Shown here in pieces: positions 36,024 through 46,207 of a stretch of 64,000 bases of DNA (its first letter is position 1; each line of letters starts with the position of its first letter). This DNA comes from Polyangiales bacterium. GTDB taxonomy: Bacteria > Myxococcota_A > Polyangia > Polyangiales > Polyangiaceae. The stretch is from positions 1 to 64,000 of the forward strand of contig JBBRNJ010000044.1 of NCBI GenBank assembly GCA_038230375.1, written 5' to 3'. A program made the position numbers and the translations under genes. Under the pieces are notes generated by a model. That model saw only the letters and a program-made list of their open reading frames with translations, did not search any database and was not told the DNA's origin.

Positions 36024-37784
36024 ATGACGAACAACGAAAACCCTTCGAACCCCCGCTCGCTGATCCCGGACACCGTCCGCGCAGACACTGCGCCCCACCA
36101 CTCGGCGGAGCAGGCGATCATCGATGGCAGAAAAGCCACAGCTGAGCGCGCGCGTGAGAGGAAGGAAAACCCTTTCGCCAACGATGTGGGCCCGAAGACC
36201 GCAGGCGCCAGGGCACTGGACATTGGCGCCCTCCGCGCCGAGATGAAGGACGCGCGCGGCACCGACGGCAAGTACGACGAGGCGAAGGTCAAGGGCCTCG
36301 CAGGCGCCTCCGTCTTCCACGTGAAGGGGCGCCTCATGCGCAATGCGCCCACAGGCGGCCTCACGTTCCTCAAGGTCCGCGACCGCACCGGTGAGCTGCA
36401 GCTCCTGGCGAGCGAAGCGGCAATGGGTGCAGAATACACACGTCTCGAGGACCTGGACGTGGGCGACATCGTGGAGGCCGAAGGCACATTGGTGGTCAGC
36501 AAGCGCGGCGAGCTCTCCGTGGAGCCCACGCGCGTGCGCCTGCTCACGAAGGCGTTCCGTCCGCTGCCCGAGAAGTGGCACGGCCTTTCGGACGTGGAGA
36601 CGCGCTATCGCCAGCGCTACGTCGACCTCATCGCGAACCCCGCCGCGGCGGAGGTCTTCCGCGCGCGCAGCCACATCGTGCGCGCCATGCGCAGCGTCTT
36701 CGACGAGGCTGGCTTCCTCGAGGTCGAGACGCCCACGATGCATACGCTCATCGGCGGCGCCGTGGCGAAGCCGTTCAACACGCACCACAACGCGCTCGAC
36801 ATGAACCTGTTCATGCGGATCGCGCCGGAGCTCTTCCTGAAGCGCCTGGTGGTCGGCGGGTTCGAGCGCGTCTACGAGATCGGCCGCTGCTATCGCAACG
36901 AAGGCCTCTCCACGCGCCACAATCCCGAGTTCACGATGCTCGAGTTCTACCAGGCGTACGCCACGTACGAGGACCTGATGAACTTCACCGAGGTGCTGCT
37001 CCGTCGCATCGACGGCGAGCTCGCGCGCGTGATGCCGGAGACGCACGCGAAGTGGAAGACCGAGCGCCCCTTCACCATCGACGTGCCCTTCATGCGCGTG
37101 CCCATGGCGGACGCCGTGCGGGCAGGCGCGCACAAGACCGGCATCCCCGCGTGGATCGAGGCGACGGATCGCAAGGGCGAGCAGAGCAGCGACCACGCGA
37201 GCGGCATGGGCCTGGTCGCCATGCTCAAGCCCGACTTCGTGGACCACATGAAGGAGTGGAGCAAGACCGGGCCGCGCGCAAAGGCCGTGGACTGGGGCAA
37301 TTTCCGCAAGGGGTTCCTCAAGTGCGAGAACGACGGCGAGCGCCTGTTCTGTTGCTACGAGTACCTCTGCGAGCCGTTCCTGCCCGAGGACTACAAGGAC
37401 GCGCAGAGCGGCAAGAGCATCCCCGTCTTCATCAAGGACTACCCCTACGAGACATCGCCGCTCGCGCGCAGGAATGACGCGCGCCCCGAGCTGGTTGACC
37501 GTTTCGAGCTCTTCGTACACGGGAAAGAGCTCTGCAACGCGTTCAGCGAGCTGAACGACCCGGACGATCAGGCCGCGCGGTTTCGCGACCAGGTCGACAA
37601 GAAGCAGAAGGGCGCCGAAGAGACCATGGACTACGACGAAGACTACATCCGCGCGCTCGAGTACGGCATGCCGCCGGCCGCGGGCTTCGGGATGGGCGTC
37701 GATCGCCTCACCATGTTCCTCACCAGCTCGCAGTCCATCCGCGACGTGATCCTCTTCCCGCTGCTCCGCCCGGAGCACGTGTAA
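36024..37784 (+). CDS. lysS: Lysyl-tRNA synthetase (class II)
   Basis: RYRQRYVDL, LEVETP, RIAPELFLKRL, YRNEG, GMGVDRL, RDVILFP. Confidence 0.98.
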   Translation: MTNNENPSNPRSLIPDTVRADTAPHHSAEQAIIDGRKATAERARERKENPFANDVGPKTAGARALDIGALRAEMKDARGTDGKYDEAKVKGLAGASVFHVKGRLMRNAPTGGLTFLKVRDRTGELQLLASEAAMGAEYTRLEDLDVGDIVEAEGTLVVSKRGELSVEPTRVRLLTKAFRPLPEKWHGLSDVETRYRQRYVDLIANPAAAEVFRARSHIVRAMRSVFDEAGFLEVETPTMHTLIGGAVAKPFNTHHNALDMNLFMRIAPELFLKRLVVGGFERVYEIGRCYRNEGLSTRHNPEFTMLEFYQAYATYEDLMNFTEVLLRRIDGELARVMPETHAKWKTERPFTIDVPFMRVPMADAVRAGAHKTGIPAWIEATDRKGEQSSDHASGMGLVAMLKPDFVDHMKEWSKTGPRAKAVDWGNFRKGFLKCENDGERLFCCYEYLCEPFLPEDYKDAQSGKSIPVFIKDYPYETSPLARRNDARPELVDRFELFVHGKELCNAFSELNDPDDQAARFRDQVDKKQKGAEETMDYDEDYIRALEYGMPPAAGFGMGVDRLTMFLTSSQSIRDVILFPLLRPEHV

Positions 37785-39647
37785 GTGTTCTTCGTCTTTC
37801 TCCTCATTGCGCTGATCCTGTCGCCGGACTTCCGATCCACGTACGTGCGCGCGGTGCCGGTGCTGCGCACCATGTCCGTGATGCTGGGCATCGTCGTGGG
37901 CCTCTTCTGGGCGCTCGTCCTGCTCTACATCGGCATGTCCAGCCCGAGCGTGCTGGGCCAGCCGTTCATCTGGGCGGCGCTCGCGGGCACCTTCCTGGGG
38001 CTCGCGAACCTGCTCTGGATCGATGGGCCCATCGCGATCTTCATCGTGCTCGCAGTGTTCCGCGTCTGCGCAAAGTACTGGGGCACGCTCTCCAAGGTGC
38101 TGCTGGCGTACTTCGGACTGCAGTTCGTGGTGCTCACGTTCGTCGCGATCCGTCTGCCGGAGCTGAAGGGCTCGCAGTGGAGCCTGAAGGACACGCTGAT
38201 CCGCGCAGGCGCGCTTTTCAGCGGCCAGTGGGTCATCCTTCTACTGCTCGGCATGTCGTTGCCGTTGATCCTGAACGTGCTGGAGCAGGGCAACTTCATC
38301 ACATTCGTGGCCGCGCGCCACGTGCGGGGTAAGAAGAGCGGCTTCCTCACGGTCATCACTGTCCTCTCCATCCTCGCAGTCACGCTGTCCACGGGCACGC
38401 TCTCCAACGTCGTCAGCGTGATGGATGGCTTCAGCCAGGACCTGAAGCGGAAGATCCTTGGCAACAACGCCCACCTCGTGATCGACCAGACCAGCCAGGC
38501 CGGCTGGTCCGACTACGAGGGCGTGCTTGCGAAGGTGCGCGCGCAGCCTGGCGTCGTCGGCGCCACGCCCGTCGTCCACGGCGAGGTGATGATGTCGTCG
38601 TCGTCCAACCTGGCCGGCACGATCGTGCGCGGCGTGGACCCCACGAGCATTCGCTCCGTCATCGACCTGGGCGCCAACATCGAGATCGGGAAGTTCCAGT
38701 ACATGGAGCACCCGGACGAGCTGAACCATCTGCCCCCCGACGAGGTGATCGGCATGGGGCCCGGCGGCGAGCGCTATCTGAAGGGCGTGGACACGCCGTT
38801 CCTCACCGACGACCTGGACCCCGTGGTGCGCGGCGCCCTGCAAAACAGGCCTGATCGGCCCGGCGTGATCATCGGTCGCGAGCTCGCGAAGACACTCCAC
38901 GTCTACGTGGGGGACGACGTCACGCTGGTCTCGCCGCTCGGCGATCTGGGCCCCATGGGGGTCATGCCGCGCACCAAGAAGTTCCGCGTGGCCGCGATCT
39001 TCTTCTCCGGCATGTACGAGTATGACGCGAGCCATGCGTACGTGCTCATGGACGTGGCGCAGGACTACTTTGCCATGCAGGGGAAGATCACCGCCATCGA
39101 CGTGAAGGTCGACGACGCGGAGCGCGCGGACCTGCACACGCCGCTCCTCGCCAGTGCGATCGGCCGCCAGGATCTGCGGGTTCGCGACTGGCGCGAGATG
39201 AACAAGAACCTGTTCTCGGCCCTGAAGCTCGAACGCATCGCCACGAACGTCATCCTCTCCATCGCCATCCTGGTCGCCAGCTTCTGCATCATCTGCACGC
39301 TGCTCCTGATGGTGACGGAGAAAGGAAAGGAGATCGCCATCCTCAAGGCGCTCGGCGCAAGTGACGGCGCCATCCTTCGCACGTTCCTCCTGGAGGGCGT
39401 CATCATCGGCGCCATCGGCACGGTCTTCGGGGTGGCCAATGGGCTCGCCGTGGTGCTCGGGCTGAAGTGGTTCGGGCTGCGGCTCGATCCAGATGTATAT
39501 TACATCGATCGCTTGCCCATCTCCGTCAACGGCTGGAACTTCGCGACGGTGTCGGTCACTGCGCTGGGGATCTGCACGATCATGACGATCTTGCCCGCGT
39601 ACGCGGCGTCGCTGGTTCGCCCGGTCGACGGCCTGCGCTACGAATAA
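37785..39647 (+). CDS. lolE: Lipoprotein-releasing ABC permease LolC/E with extra N-terminal TM domain
   Basis: [47 protein letters not shown]. Confidence 0.88.
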   Translation: MFFVFLLIALILSPDFRSTYVRAVPVLRTMSVMLGIVVGLFWALVLLYIGMSSPSVLGQPFIWAALAGTFLGLANLLWIDGPIAIFIVLAVFRVCAKYWGTLSKVLLAYFGLQFVVLTFVAIRLPELKGSQWSLKDTLIRAGALFSGQWVILLLLGMSLPLILNVLEQGNFITFVAARHVRGKKSGFLTVITVLSILAVTLSTGTLSNVVSVMDGFSQDLKRKILGNNAHLVIDQTSQAGWSDYEGVLAKVRAQPGVVGATPVVHGEVMMSSSSNLAGTIVRGVDPTSIRSVIDLGANIEIGKFQYMEHPDELNHLPPDEVIGMGPGGERYLKGVDTPFLTDDLDPVVRGALQNRPDRPGVIIGRELAKTLHVYVGDDVTLVSPLGDLGPMGVMPRTKKFRVAAIFFSGMYEYDASHAYVLMDVAQDYFAMQGKITAIDVKVDDAERADLHTPLLASAIGRQDLRVRDWREMNKNLFSALKLERIATNVILSIAILVASFCIICTLLLMVTEKGKEIAILKALGASDGAILRTFLLEGVIIGAIGTVFGVANGLAVVLGLKWFGLRLDPDVYYIDRLPISVNGWNFATVSVTALGICTIMTILPAYAASLVRPVDGLRYE

Positions 39648-40525
39648 TGGCTTCTGTGCTAGGAACAGCCCCCGTGGATAAACCGGTCCTCGTCGCCCAT
39701 AACGTGAAGAAATCGTTCTCCCACATGGGGAACGAGCTCGAGGTCCTGAAGGGCATCGACCTCACCATCAACGAGGGCGAGGTCGTCGGTATCGTTGGTC
39801 AGTCCGGCGCGGGCAAGTCCACCTTCCTGCACTGCATCGGCACGCTGGACATCATCACGTCGGGCTCGCTCAAGATCGCGGGCGAAGAGCTCACGACGAT
39901 GAACAACGCGCGGCTCGCCGATCTGCGCAACCGCACCATCGGCTTCGTGTTCCAGTTCCACCATCTGCTCCCGGAGTTCACCGCGCTGGAGAACGTGGTG
40001 ATGCCGGGGATGATCCAGGGTCGCCCGAAGAAGGAGATGGAGCAGCGCGCGCGTGCGTTGCTCGAAGAGGTGGGTCTTGGCAACCGCGCTTCACACCGCC
40101 CTGGTGAGCTCTCAGGTGGCGAGCAGCAGCGCGTCGCCCTTGCACGCGCGCTCGTGCTCGAGCCCAAGCTCCTGCTCGCGGACGAGCCCACGGGAAACCT
40201 GGACTCCGCGACCTCCAGTCAGATTCACGAGCTCTTCTTCGAGATCAATCGCGTGCGCAGGACCACCATCGTGATCGTCACGCACAACCGCGAGCTCGCG
40301 GCCAGCATGCCGCGCGTCATCACGCTGCGCGACGGCCGCGTGGAGACGGACGAGCGCCGCGACAGCGCCTATCGGTCGTCCAGCGCCCCCAACGCGACGC
40401 CGCTCAAGAAGGAAGACGCCAAGCCCGAAGCAAAGCCCGAAGCAAAGCCCGAAGCGGACGCGAAGCCCGAAGCGGACGCGAAGCCCGAAGCGAAGCCCGA
40501 CGCAGCGACCGTCGTCGCCCGCTGA
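39647..40525 (+). CDS. lolD: Lipoprotein-releasing ABC ATPase LolD with repetitive C-tail
   Basis: [40 protein letters not shown] overlap; ([10 protein letters not shown])n tail. Confidence 0.92.
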   Translation: MASVLGTAPVDKPVLVAHNVKKSFSHMGNELEVLKGIDLTINEGEVVGIVGQSGAGKSTFLHCIGTLDIITSGSLKIAGEELTTMNNARLADLRNRTIGFVFQFHHLLPEFTALENVVMPGMIQGRPKKEMEQRARALLEEVGLGNRASHRPGELSGGEQQRVALARALVLEPKLLLADEPTGNLDSATSSQIHELFFEINRVRRTTIVIVTHNRELAASMPRVITLRDGRVETDERRDSAYRSSSAPNATPLKKEDAKPEAKPEAKPEADAKPEADAKPEAKPDAATVVAR

Positions 40526-40569
40526 CTGACGTTATTTTCTGCGGAAATCGTCGGATTCGTGGGTTGTAC

Positions 40570-40598
40570 CTGGCGTGCGCGCCGCCAAATACTAGAGT
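40570..40598 (+). promoter_or_regulatory. Putative promoter CTGGCG-N17-TAGAGT, shared with 41884-41912
   Basis: Identical hexamers and spacing before both tandem paralogues, with divergent spacers. Confidence 0.6.
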
Positions 40599-40606
40599 GC
40601 CATCCC

Positions 40607-41719
40607 ATGCGCTCTCTGGCTTTTGCCCTATCCGTTGCTGGCGTTGGCGCGCTTCTCTTCGCGTGCTCCAGCTCTTCGAGCTCGAAGGGCTTCACGGACC
40701 TCGAGGGCGGTCCCGGCGGCGGCTTTGGTGTGGGTTCGGATGGCGGCAGCGGCGGTGGCGGCATTCCCGGCGTGCAGGTCGACAAGAGCGCGGCGTGTGA
40801 CATGGGGCTCGCAGTGGATGGCGACGCGACCTCGTTCGCGAAGGCGATCGGTATCTGCAAGACGGCAGCGATGGACGGCTACGGTCTCGTGTCGGCCCAG
40901 TACTCGAAGGCCTACGGAAGCGCGAACCCGCCCGTGAAGGGCCAGTGGGGCCTCTTGCCCAAGTTTGGTGATGTCATCGTGCCGCGCGAAGGCGGCGCGT
41001 TCGGCGCGCTCAGCTCCGGCATCGCGCGCGAGTACGACGATCTCAGCGGAGGCACCACGCAGTTCTGGAAGGGCACGCCGCTGTACTCCGGCTCGGATGC
41101 CGCCGGCGCCGTCCCCATGGGATTCCCCAAGGCCGCGCAAGGCTGCGACCAGGACGGCAAGGTCAACGACATGATCAACGTGAGGCTCACGCTCACCGCG
41201 CCCATGGACGCGGGCGGCTTCCAGTTCGATTTCAACTTCTACTCGAGCGAATGGCCGAACTTCGTCTGCTCGAACTACAACGACGCGTTCATCGCATACC
41301 TCACCTCCAACTCGGTGAAGGGCGACAACATCTCTTTCGACTCGAACAACAACCCCGTCGCGGTGAACAACAATTTCTTGAACCGCTGCACGCCGAACAC
41401 GGGTGTCGGCTGCTCGAGCCAGAAAGGCGCGGGCGCCCCCATCGGCACACCCGCCACGTGTATGGGCGGCGAAGCGGAGCTCCAGGGCACGGGCTTCGGC
41501 CCGAAGGCCACCACCGGCTGCACGCTGAAGCAGCTTGCCACGGTGGGCGGCGCAACGGGCTGGCTCACCACCCAAGCCCCGGTCGATCCCGGCGAGACCT
41601 TCACGATCGACTTCATGATCTTCGACGCAGGCGACGAAGCCCTCGACTCGAGCGTGCTCATCGACAACTTCCAGTGGCTCGGCGGAAACGTATCCACCGG
41701 CACCACCCGCCCGAAGTGA
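40607..41719 (+). CDS. Choice-of-anchor-L-like lipoprotein, paralogue 2
   Basis: LFAC lipobox; same motifs as 30539..31786. Confidence 0.78.
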   Translation: MRSLAFALSVAGVGALLFACSSSSSSKGFTDLEGGPGGGFGVGSDGGSGGGGIPGVQVDKSAACDMGLAVDGDATSFAKAIGICKTAAMDGYGLVSAQYSKAYGSANPPVKGQWGLLPKFGDVIVPREGGAFGALSSGIAREYDDLSGGTTQFWKGTPLYSGSDAAGAVPMGFPKAAQGCDQDGKVNDMINVRLTLTAPMDAGGFQFDFNFYSSEWPNFVCSNYNDAFIAYLTSNSVKGDNISFDSNNNPVAVNNNFLNRCTPNTGVGCSSQKGAGAPIGTPATCMGGEAELQGTGFGPKATTGCTLKQLATVGGATGWLTTQAPVDPGETFTIDFMIFDAGDEALDSSVLIDNFQWLGGNVSTGTTRPK

Positions 41720-41780
41720 GAAGTCGAGGTCGAGGTCGAGGTCGAGGTCGAGGTCGAGGTCGAAGTCGAAGTCGAAGTCG
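41720..41780. repeat. (GARGTC)10 hexamer array immediately after a stop codon
   Basis: GAAGTC (GAGGTC)6 (GAAGTC)3. Confidence 0.95.
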
Positions 41781-41883
41781 TCGCGTGACGACGGTATTTT
41801 CCAAGAATGCGAGCACCACCACCGCCACCAGGCGCCCTGCGGCCTGCGGCTGAGCACGATTCGCGCCTGTTTCGCGAGTGGGA

Positions 41884-41912
41884 CTGGCGCGTGGCCACGT
41901 GTCCGTTAGAGT
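41884..41912 (+). promoter_or_regulatory. Putative promoter CTGGCG-N17-TAGAGT
   Basis: Matches 40570-40598; 7 nt before the ATG. Confidence 0.6.
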
Positions 41913-41919
41913 GCAATTC

Positions 41920-43068
41920 ATGCGATCTCTTGCTCTCGCCCTCGGTTTCGCTGGCATCGGCGCGCTCCTCTTCGCGTGCTCCGGCTCCACCAACAGCAAC
42001 GGTTTCAGCGACTCGAACGGTAATGGCAACGGCGGCGGCGGCGGCGGTCCTGGTGGCGGCGGCTTGCTGGGCGGCGGCAACAGTGACGGTGGTGGTGGTG
42101 GCGGTGGCGGTGTCACCGGCCAGGTCGACAAGACGGCGGCGTGCGACAACGGCCTCGCGGTGGATGGCGACGGCGCGGCGTTCGCAAAGGCGATCGGGAT
42201 CTGCAAGATGGCCGGGACCGACGGATACGGTCTTGTCTCCGCGACCATGTCGAAGGCATTCGGCTCGAACTCGGCGCCCGTGAAGGGTCAGCTGGGCATC
42301 CTTCCGCAGTTCGGCGGCGCCATCAAGCCGCGCGAAGGCGGGTCCCTTGGCGTGCTGAGCTCCGGTCTTGCGCGCGAGTACGACGATCTCAAGGGCGGCA
42401 AGACGGAGTTCGTGAGCGGCATGCCGCTCTACGGCCTCTTCGGCGGCGGCAGCCCCGCAGGCAAGGCGCCTCCGGGCTTCCCCAAGGCGGCCATGGGCTG
42501 CAAGCAAGACTCCAAGGTCAACGACATGATCGACGTGAAGCTCACGCTCACGGCCCCGAAGGACGCGACCGGCTTCCAGTTCGATTTCGATTTCTACTCG
42601 AGCGAGTGGCCGAACTACGTGTGCTCGAACTTCAACGACGCGTTCATCGCATACCTGACATCCACCAAGGTCCCGGGCGACAACATCTCCTTCGACTCGA
42701 ACAACAACCCGGTCGCCGTGAACAACAACTTCTTGAACCGCTGCACGCCCAAGACGGGTGTTGGCTGTGACGGCAGTGGCATGGGCAAGCCCAGCTCCAC
42801 CGCGGCATGCGGCGGTGGAGAGACGGAGCTGCAGGGCACCGGCTACGGCGGCACCGCCGACACCGACTGCACCTCGCCGCAGAAAGCCAGCGTTGGCGGC
42901 GCCACAGGCTGGCTCACCACACAAGCCCCTGTCGCTCCGGGCGAGACGTTCACCCTCGAGTTCATGATCTGGGACGCGGGCGACGAAGTCCTCGACTCGA
43001 GCGTCCTCATCGACAACTTCCAGTGGATCGGCGGAAACGTCTCCACCGGCACCACCCGCGTCAACTGA
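41920..43068 (+). CDS. Choice-of-anchor-L-like lipoprotein, paralogue 3
   Basis: Near-collinear with 40607..41719. Confidence 0.78.
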   Translation: MRSLALALGFAGIGALLFACSGSTNSNGFSDSNGNGNGGGGGGPGGGGLLGGGNSDGGGGGGGGVTGQVDKTAACDNGLAVDGDGAAFAKAIGICKMAGTDGYGLVSATMSKAFGSNSAPVKGQLGILPQFGGAIKPREGGSLGVLSSGLAREYDDLKGGKTEFVSGMPLYGLFGGGSPAGKAPPGFPKAAMGCKQDSKVNDMIDVKLTLTAPKDATGFQFDFDFYSSEWPNYVCSNFNDAFIAYLTSTKVPGDNISFDSNNNPVAVNNNFLNRCTPKTGVGCDGSGMGKPSSTAACGGGETELQGTGYGGTADTDCTSPQKASVGGATGWLTTQAPVAPGETFTLEFMIWDAGDEVLDSSVLIDNFQWIGGNVSTGTTRVN

Positions 43069-43084
43069 GGTCTCGCAGGGCCGC

Positions 43085-43999
43085 CTACCAGCGGACGACC
43101 ACAGTTCCGGGTGTACTCGTTGCTTCGCAGTGCTCGACTGCGACGACGACTTGCGCGGAGATGGAGCCCGTGGGCTCTTTCGAGGTGACCTCCACGCGTG
43201 GGACGACTTGCTCGGCGCGCAGACCCCGCAGGATGTCCGGGGGGCACGTGAGGTGGACGTCGACCTCGGCGGGCTGGGTGCGGCCCTTCGACTGACCCAC
43301 GACGGCGACCGCGAGCTTCGTGAACGGGCGCTCCGCGACCTCGCGCATGATGTCCGTGGTGACTATCACCGTGGCGGGCTCCACCTTCAGGCGCGAGGAG
43401 AGCTTCTCCAGCGCGAGACGCTTCGTGTAGGTGCCCTCGCTGAGGCCGGTGACGTCGAACGCGTCGGCGCGAACGTGCTGGAGAACGGCGGCCTCGCTCA
43501 TGGCGCCGCGGACCTTCACGAGCGGCGGGTCCGGTACCGGGATGCCGCGCGCGACATAGCCCTTGTACGGCGTGCCGACGACGCTCACCTGGACGGGCAC
43601 GTCACGCGTGATGCGCTCCTCCCACGTGAGGTCAAGGCCGGGGGGCTCGAACTGCTCGACCTCGAACTTCACGCCCGCGGGCCCTTTGACCATCTTCGTC
43701 TCGAAGTTGACGTGCTGCTGACGGCCGTCCGACACGTCGATCAGAAGAGTGACGGCGTTCGCGCGCAGATCGTCGATCGACTGGTTCGAGCCGCGGATCG
43801 TGAGCCGCACGTTCTGCGGCATGTTGCTCGCGAGGACGCGGTTCGCGCTCTCGGGCGGGAGCACGGCCTCGAGCTCGACCACGATGGAGCGACGCGAGTC
43901 CTGACCGCCATGCACGAGCGAGTAGAGGACGACCGCGAACAGGAAGCTTATGACCTTCAGGTTCCAGTTCTCGAGCAGGATGCGGCGGAGTGTCTCCAT
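43085..43999 (-). CDS. cdaR: CdaR/YbbR-family diadenylate cyclase regulator
   Basis: NWNLKVISFLFAVVLY TM followed by YbbR-like repeats; directly after cdaA. Confidence 0.85.
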   Translation of the reverse strand: METLRRILLENWNLKVISFLFAVVLYSLVHGGQDSRRSIVVELEAVLPPESANRVLASNMPQNVRLTIRGSNQSIDDLRANAVTLLIDVSDGRQQHVNFETKMVKGPAGVKFEVEQFEPPGLDLTWEERITRDVPVQVSVVGTPYKGYVARGIPVPDPPLVKVRGAMSEAAVLQHVRADAFDVTGLSEGTYTKRLALEKLSSRLKVEPATVIVTTDIMREVAERPFTKLAVAVVGQSKGRTQPAEVDVHLTCPPDILRGLRAEQVVPRVEVTSKEPTGSISAQVVVAVEHCEATSTPGTVVVRW

Positions 44000-44009
44000 G
44001 TCTTGTGCG

Positions 44010-45167
44010 CTACTGCTCCGACTGCTCGGAGTCGGGCGAGCCTTCCGCCTTGTGGGCGTCTGCGGCCGAAGGCGGCGGAGGCGGGCGCACGCTCATGGGC
44101 GTGGGCTCGATGGGCGCGGCGGGTGCCATGAGATGCGTCTCCGGTTCGCGCGGGGGCGACGCGGAGATGGGCACGGACTCCGGCGCGGGCGGAGGCACGC
44201 TCGGCCGCTGCGTGTTGGAGAGTGACACCGACGAGATGGGAAGCGGCGTGTGCATCGCCGAGAGCGGGAGTGGCGTAGGGATCGAGCGCAGGGCGGGGAT
44301 CATGGGACCCGGCGTGGGCGGACGCATGCTGCCACCGCGACGCTCTCGATCCGGTCCCGGCTTCTTCGCCTTGCCACGCGCGTTCTTTCCGAACAGACCA
44401 AGGAGAGCCTGCTTGAGCGACGCACCGTCCAGGCCGCTCACGATGTTACCGTTGAAGCAGAAGCTGATGGTGCCGCGCTCCTCGCTGACGACCACGACAA
44501 CGGCGTCCGTCTCCTCGGTGATGCCGAGCGCGGAGCGGTGACGCGAGCCGAGCGACTTGTCGAGCACCTTGGTATCCGGCATGGGGAAGAAGACGCCGGC
44601 CTTGGCGACGCGAAAATTTCGGATGACCACCGCCCCGTCGTGCAGCTTGTTCACGCCCTCAGGGATGAACAGCGACACAAGGAGGTCACGCTGCACGGCC
44701 GCATCCAGCTGGGTCCCCTGCCCGACCACGAACTCATCCAGGTTCGCGTCCTGCTCGAAGCAGATGAGCGCGCCCATGCGGTGACGCGCGAGCTCCGTGG
44801 CCGCGGCAACGACCTCGTCAATGACCTTGGTCTCCTGCATGCGGTTGATGCCGCCCAGGAACGCGCGCGAGCCGACGCGCATGAGGCCGCGACGGATGTC
44901 ATTCTGGAAGACCACTACGACAACGAGGATGATCGACGAGAGGAGCGACGAGAGCAGGTTGACGAGCGTGATGAACCCCGCCCACTTCGCGATCACGTAG
45001 ACCACGAAGATGACGCCAAGGCCCGTGCCCATCTGCATCGCACGCGTGCCGCGCAGGACAAGGAGCGCGCGGTAGATGACGTACGTGACGACGAGAAGGT
45101 CGATCAGGTCCTTGAAGATCTCGTACGGGCTGCGAGCCTGGAAGAGGTGAAGAAACCCCTCGATCAC
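44010..45167 (-). CDS. cdaA: Diadenylate cyclase CdaA/DacA with Pro-rich C-terminal tail
   Basis: Three N-terminal TMs, LHDGAV, LGSRHRSALG, VVSEERG. Confidence 0.92.
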   Translation of the reverse strand: MIEGFLHLFQARSPYEIFKDLIDLLVVTYVIYRALLVLRGTRAMQMGTGLGVIFVVYVIAKWAGFITLVNLLSSLLSSIILVVVVVFQNDIRRGLMRVGSRAFLGGINRMQETKVIDEVVAAATELARHRMGALICFEQDANLDEFVVGQGTQLDAAVQRDLLVSLFIPEGVNKLHDGAVVIRNFRVAKAGVFFPMPDTKVLDKSLGSRHRSALGITEETDAVVVVVSEERGTISFCFNGNIVSGLDGASLKQALLGLFGKNARGKAKKPGPDRERRGGSMRPPTPGPMIPALRSIPTPLPLSAMHTPLPISSVSLSNTQRPSVPPPAPESVPISASPPREPETHLMAPAAPIEPTPMSVRPPPPPSAADAHKAEGSPDSEQSEQ

Positions 45168-46075
45168 GGGACACCCCCGCCCACCCCATGGCCGGTATGC
45201 GTGTAGAGTACAACCGATAGATCCAGCGCCTGGCGCGTCTCGCGGACGTCATGCACGCGCACGATGCTCGCACCTGCGCGCGCCGCGAACTCGGCCGCGA
45301 GGATGCTCGGGCCCAGGCGGTCGTCGGAGCCGGCGCGCCGGTCGACCAGCGTGAGGAACGACTTGCGACTGGCGCCGATGAGCACGGGCGCGTCCGCTCC
45401 AGACACGAGTTCCGCGGTGCGACGGAGCAGCTCCATGGAGTGCCGCGCAGTCTTGGAGAAGCCGAGCCCGGGGTCCATCACGATCGCGTCGTGAGGAACG
45501 CCGCGCGCCTCCGCCTTCTTCCGCGCGGCGCAGAAGTCTCTGAGGACCTCGGGCACGATGTTGTCATACTCGGTCTCGGTGACCGCGGTTGCTCCGCGCA
45601 TCAGCTCTTGCGGGTGCCGCGCGTGCGAAAGGATGAGCGCCGCGCCCGCGCCGAATGCCACGTCCGCGAGCGTGGGCTCGTGGAGGTTCGACACGTCGTT
45701 CACGCAGACTGCGCCTGCGTCGAGGCACGCGTGGGCGACCTCTGGGAGGGTCGTGTCGATCGAGACGACGGCGCCTTTGTGGGCCGCATAACGAACGACC
45801 TCCAGCACGCGAAGGAGCTGCTCGTCCGCCGGCACCGGCTTCGCACCAGGTCGCGTGGACTCGCCGCCGATGTCGAGGATGTCAGCGCCCGCCGCGAGCA
45901 GCGCGTCGACCCGCGCGAGCGCATCCGCACGCGAGAGGTAGCGACCCCCGTCGGAGAACGAGTCAGGTGTCACATTGCAGACGCCCATGATGGCCGCACA
46001 ACGACGCGCGCGGGCCTTCGAGATGACCTCGAAGAACCTCTCTCTGCGCGTTCCGCCCGTGCCGCCGCTGATCAT
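45164..46075 (-). CDS. folP: Dihydropteroate synthase
   Basis: MGVCNVTPDSFSDGG, DIGGESTRPG, DPGLGF, SRKSF, RVHDV. Confidence 0.95.
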   Translation of the reverse strand: MISGGTGGTRRERFFEVISKARARRCAAIMGVCNVTPDSFSDGGRYLSRADALARVDALLAAGADILDIGGESTRPGAKPVPADEQLLRVLEVVRYAAHKGAVVSIDTTLPEVAHACLDAGAVCVNDVSNLHEPTLADVAFGAGAALILSHARHPQELMRGATAVTETEYDNIVPEVLRDFCAARKKAEARGVPHDAIVMDPGLGFSKTARHSMELLRRTAELVSGADAPVLIGASRKSFLTLVDRRAGSDDRLGPSILAAEFAARAGASIVRVHDVRETRQALDLSVVLYTHTGHGVGGGVP

Positions 46076-46207
46076 GGACACACCTCCGCCGACAGCGGCG
46101 ACGGCGTGTGACCCGCAGGCTCTCGCACGCAGCCCCGCACTTCTCTTGGTATCAAGCGACGCATCGGCCTGCAACCTTTGTGCTAGGTCTCGAAAAGAAC
46201 GCGTTCC

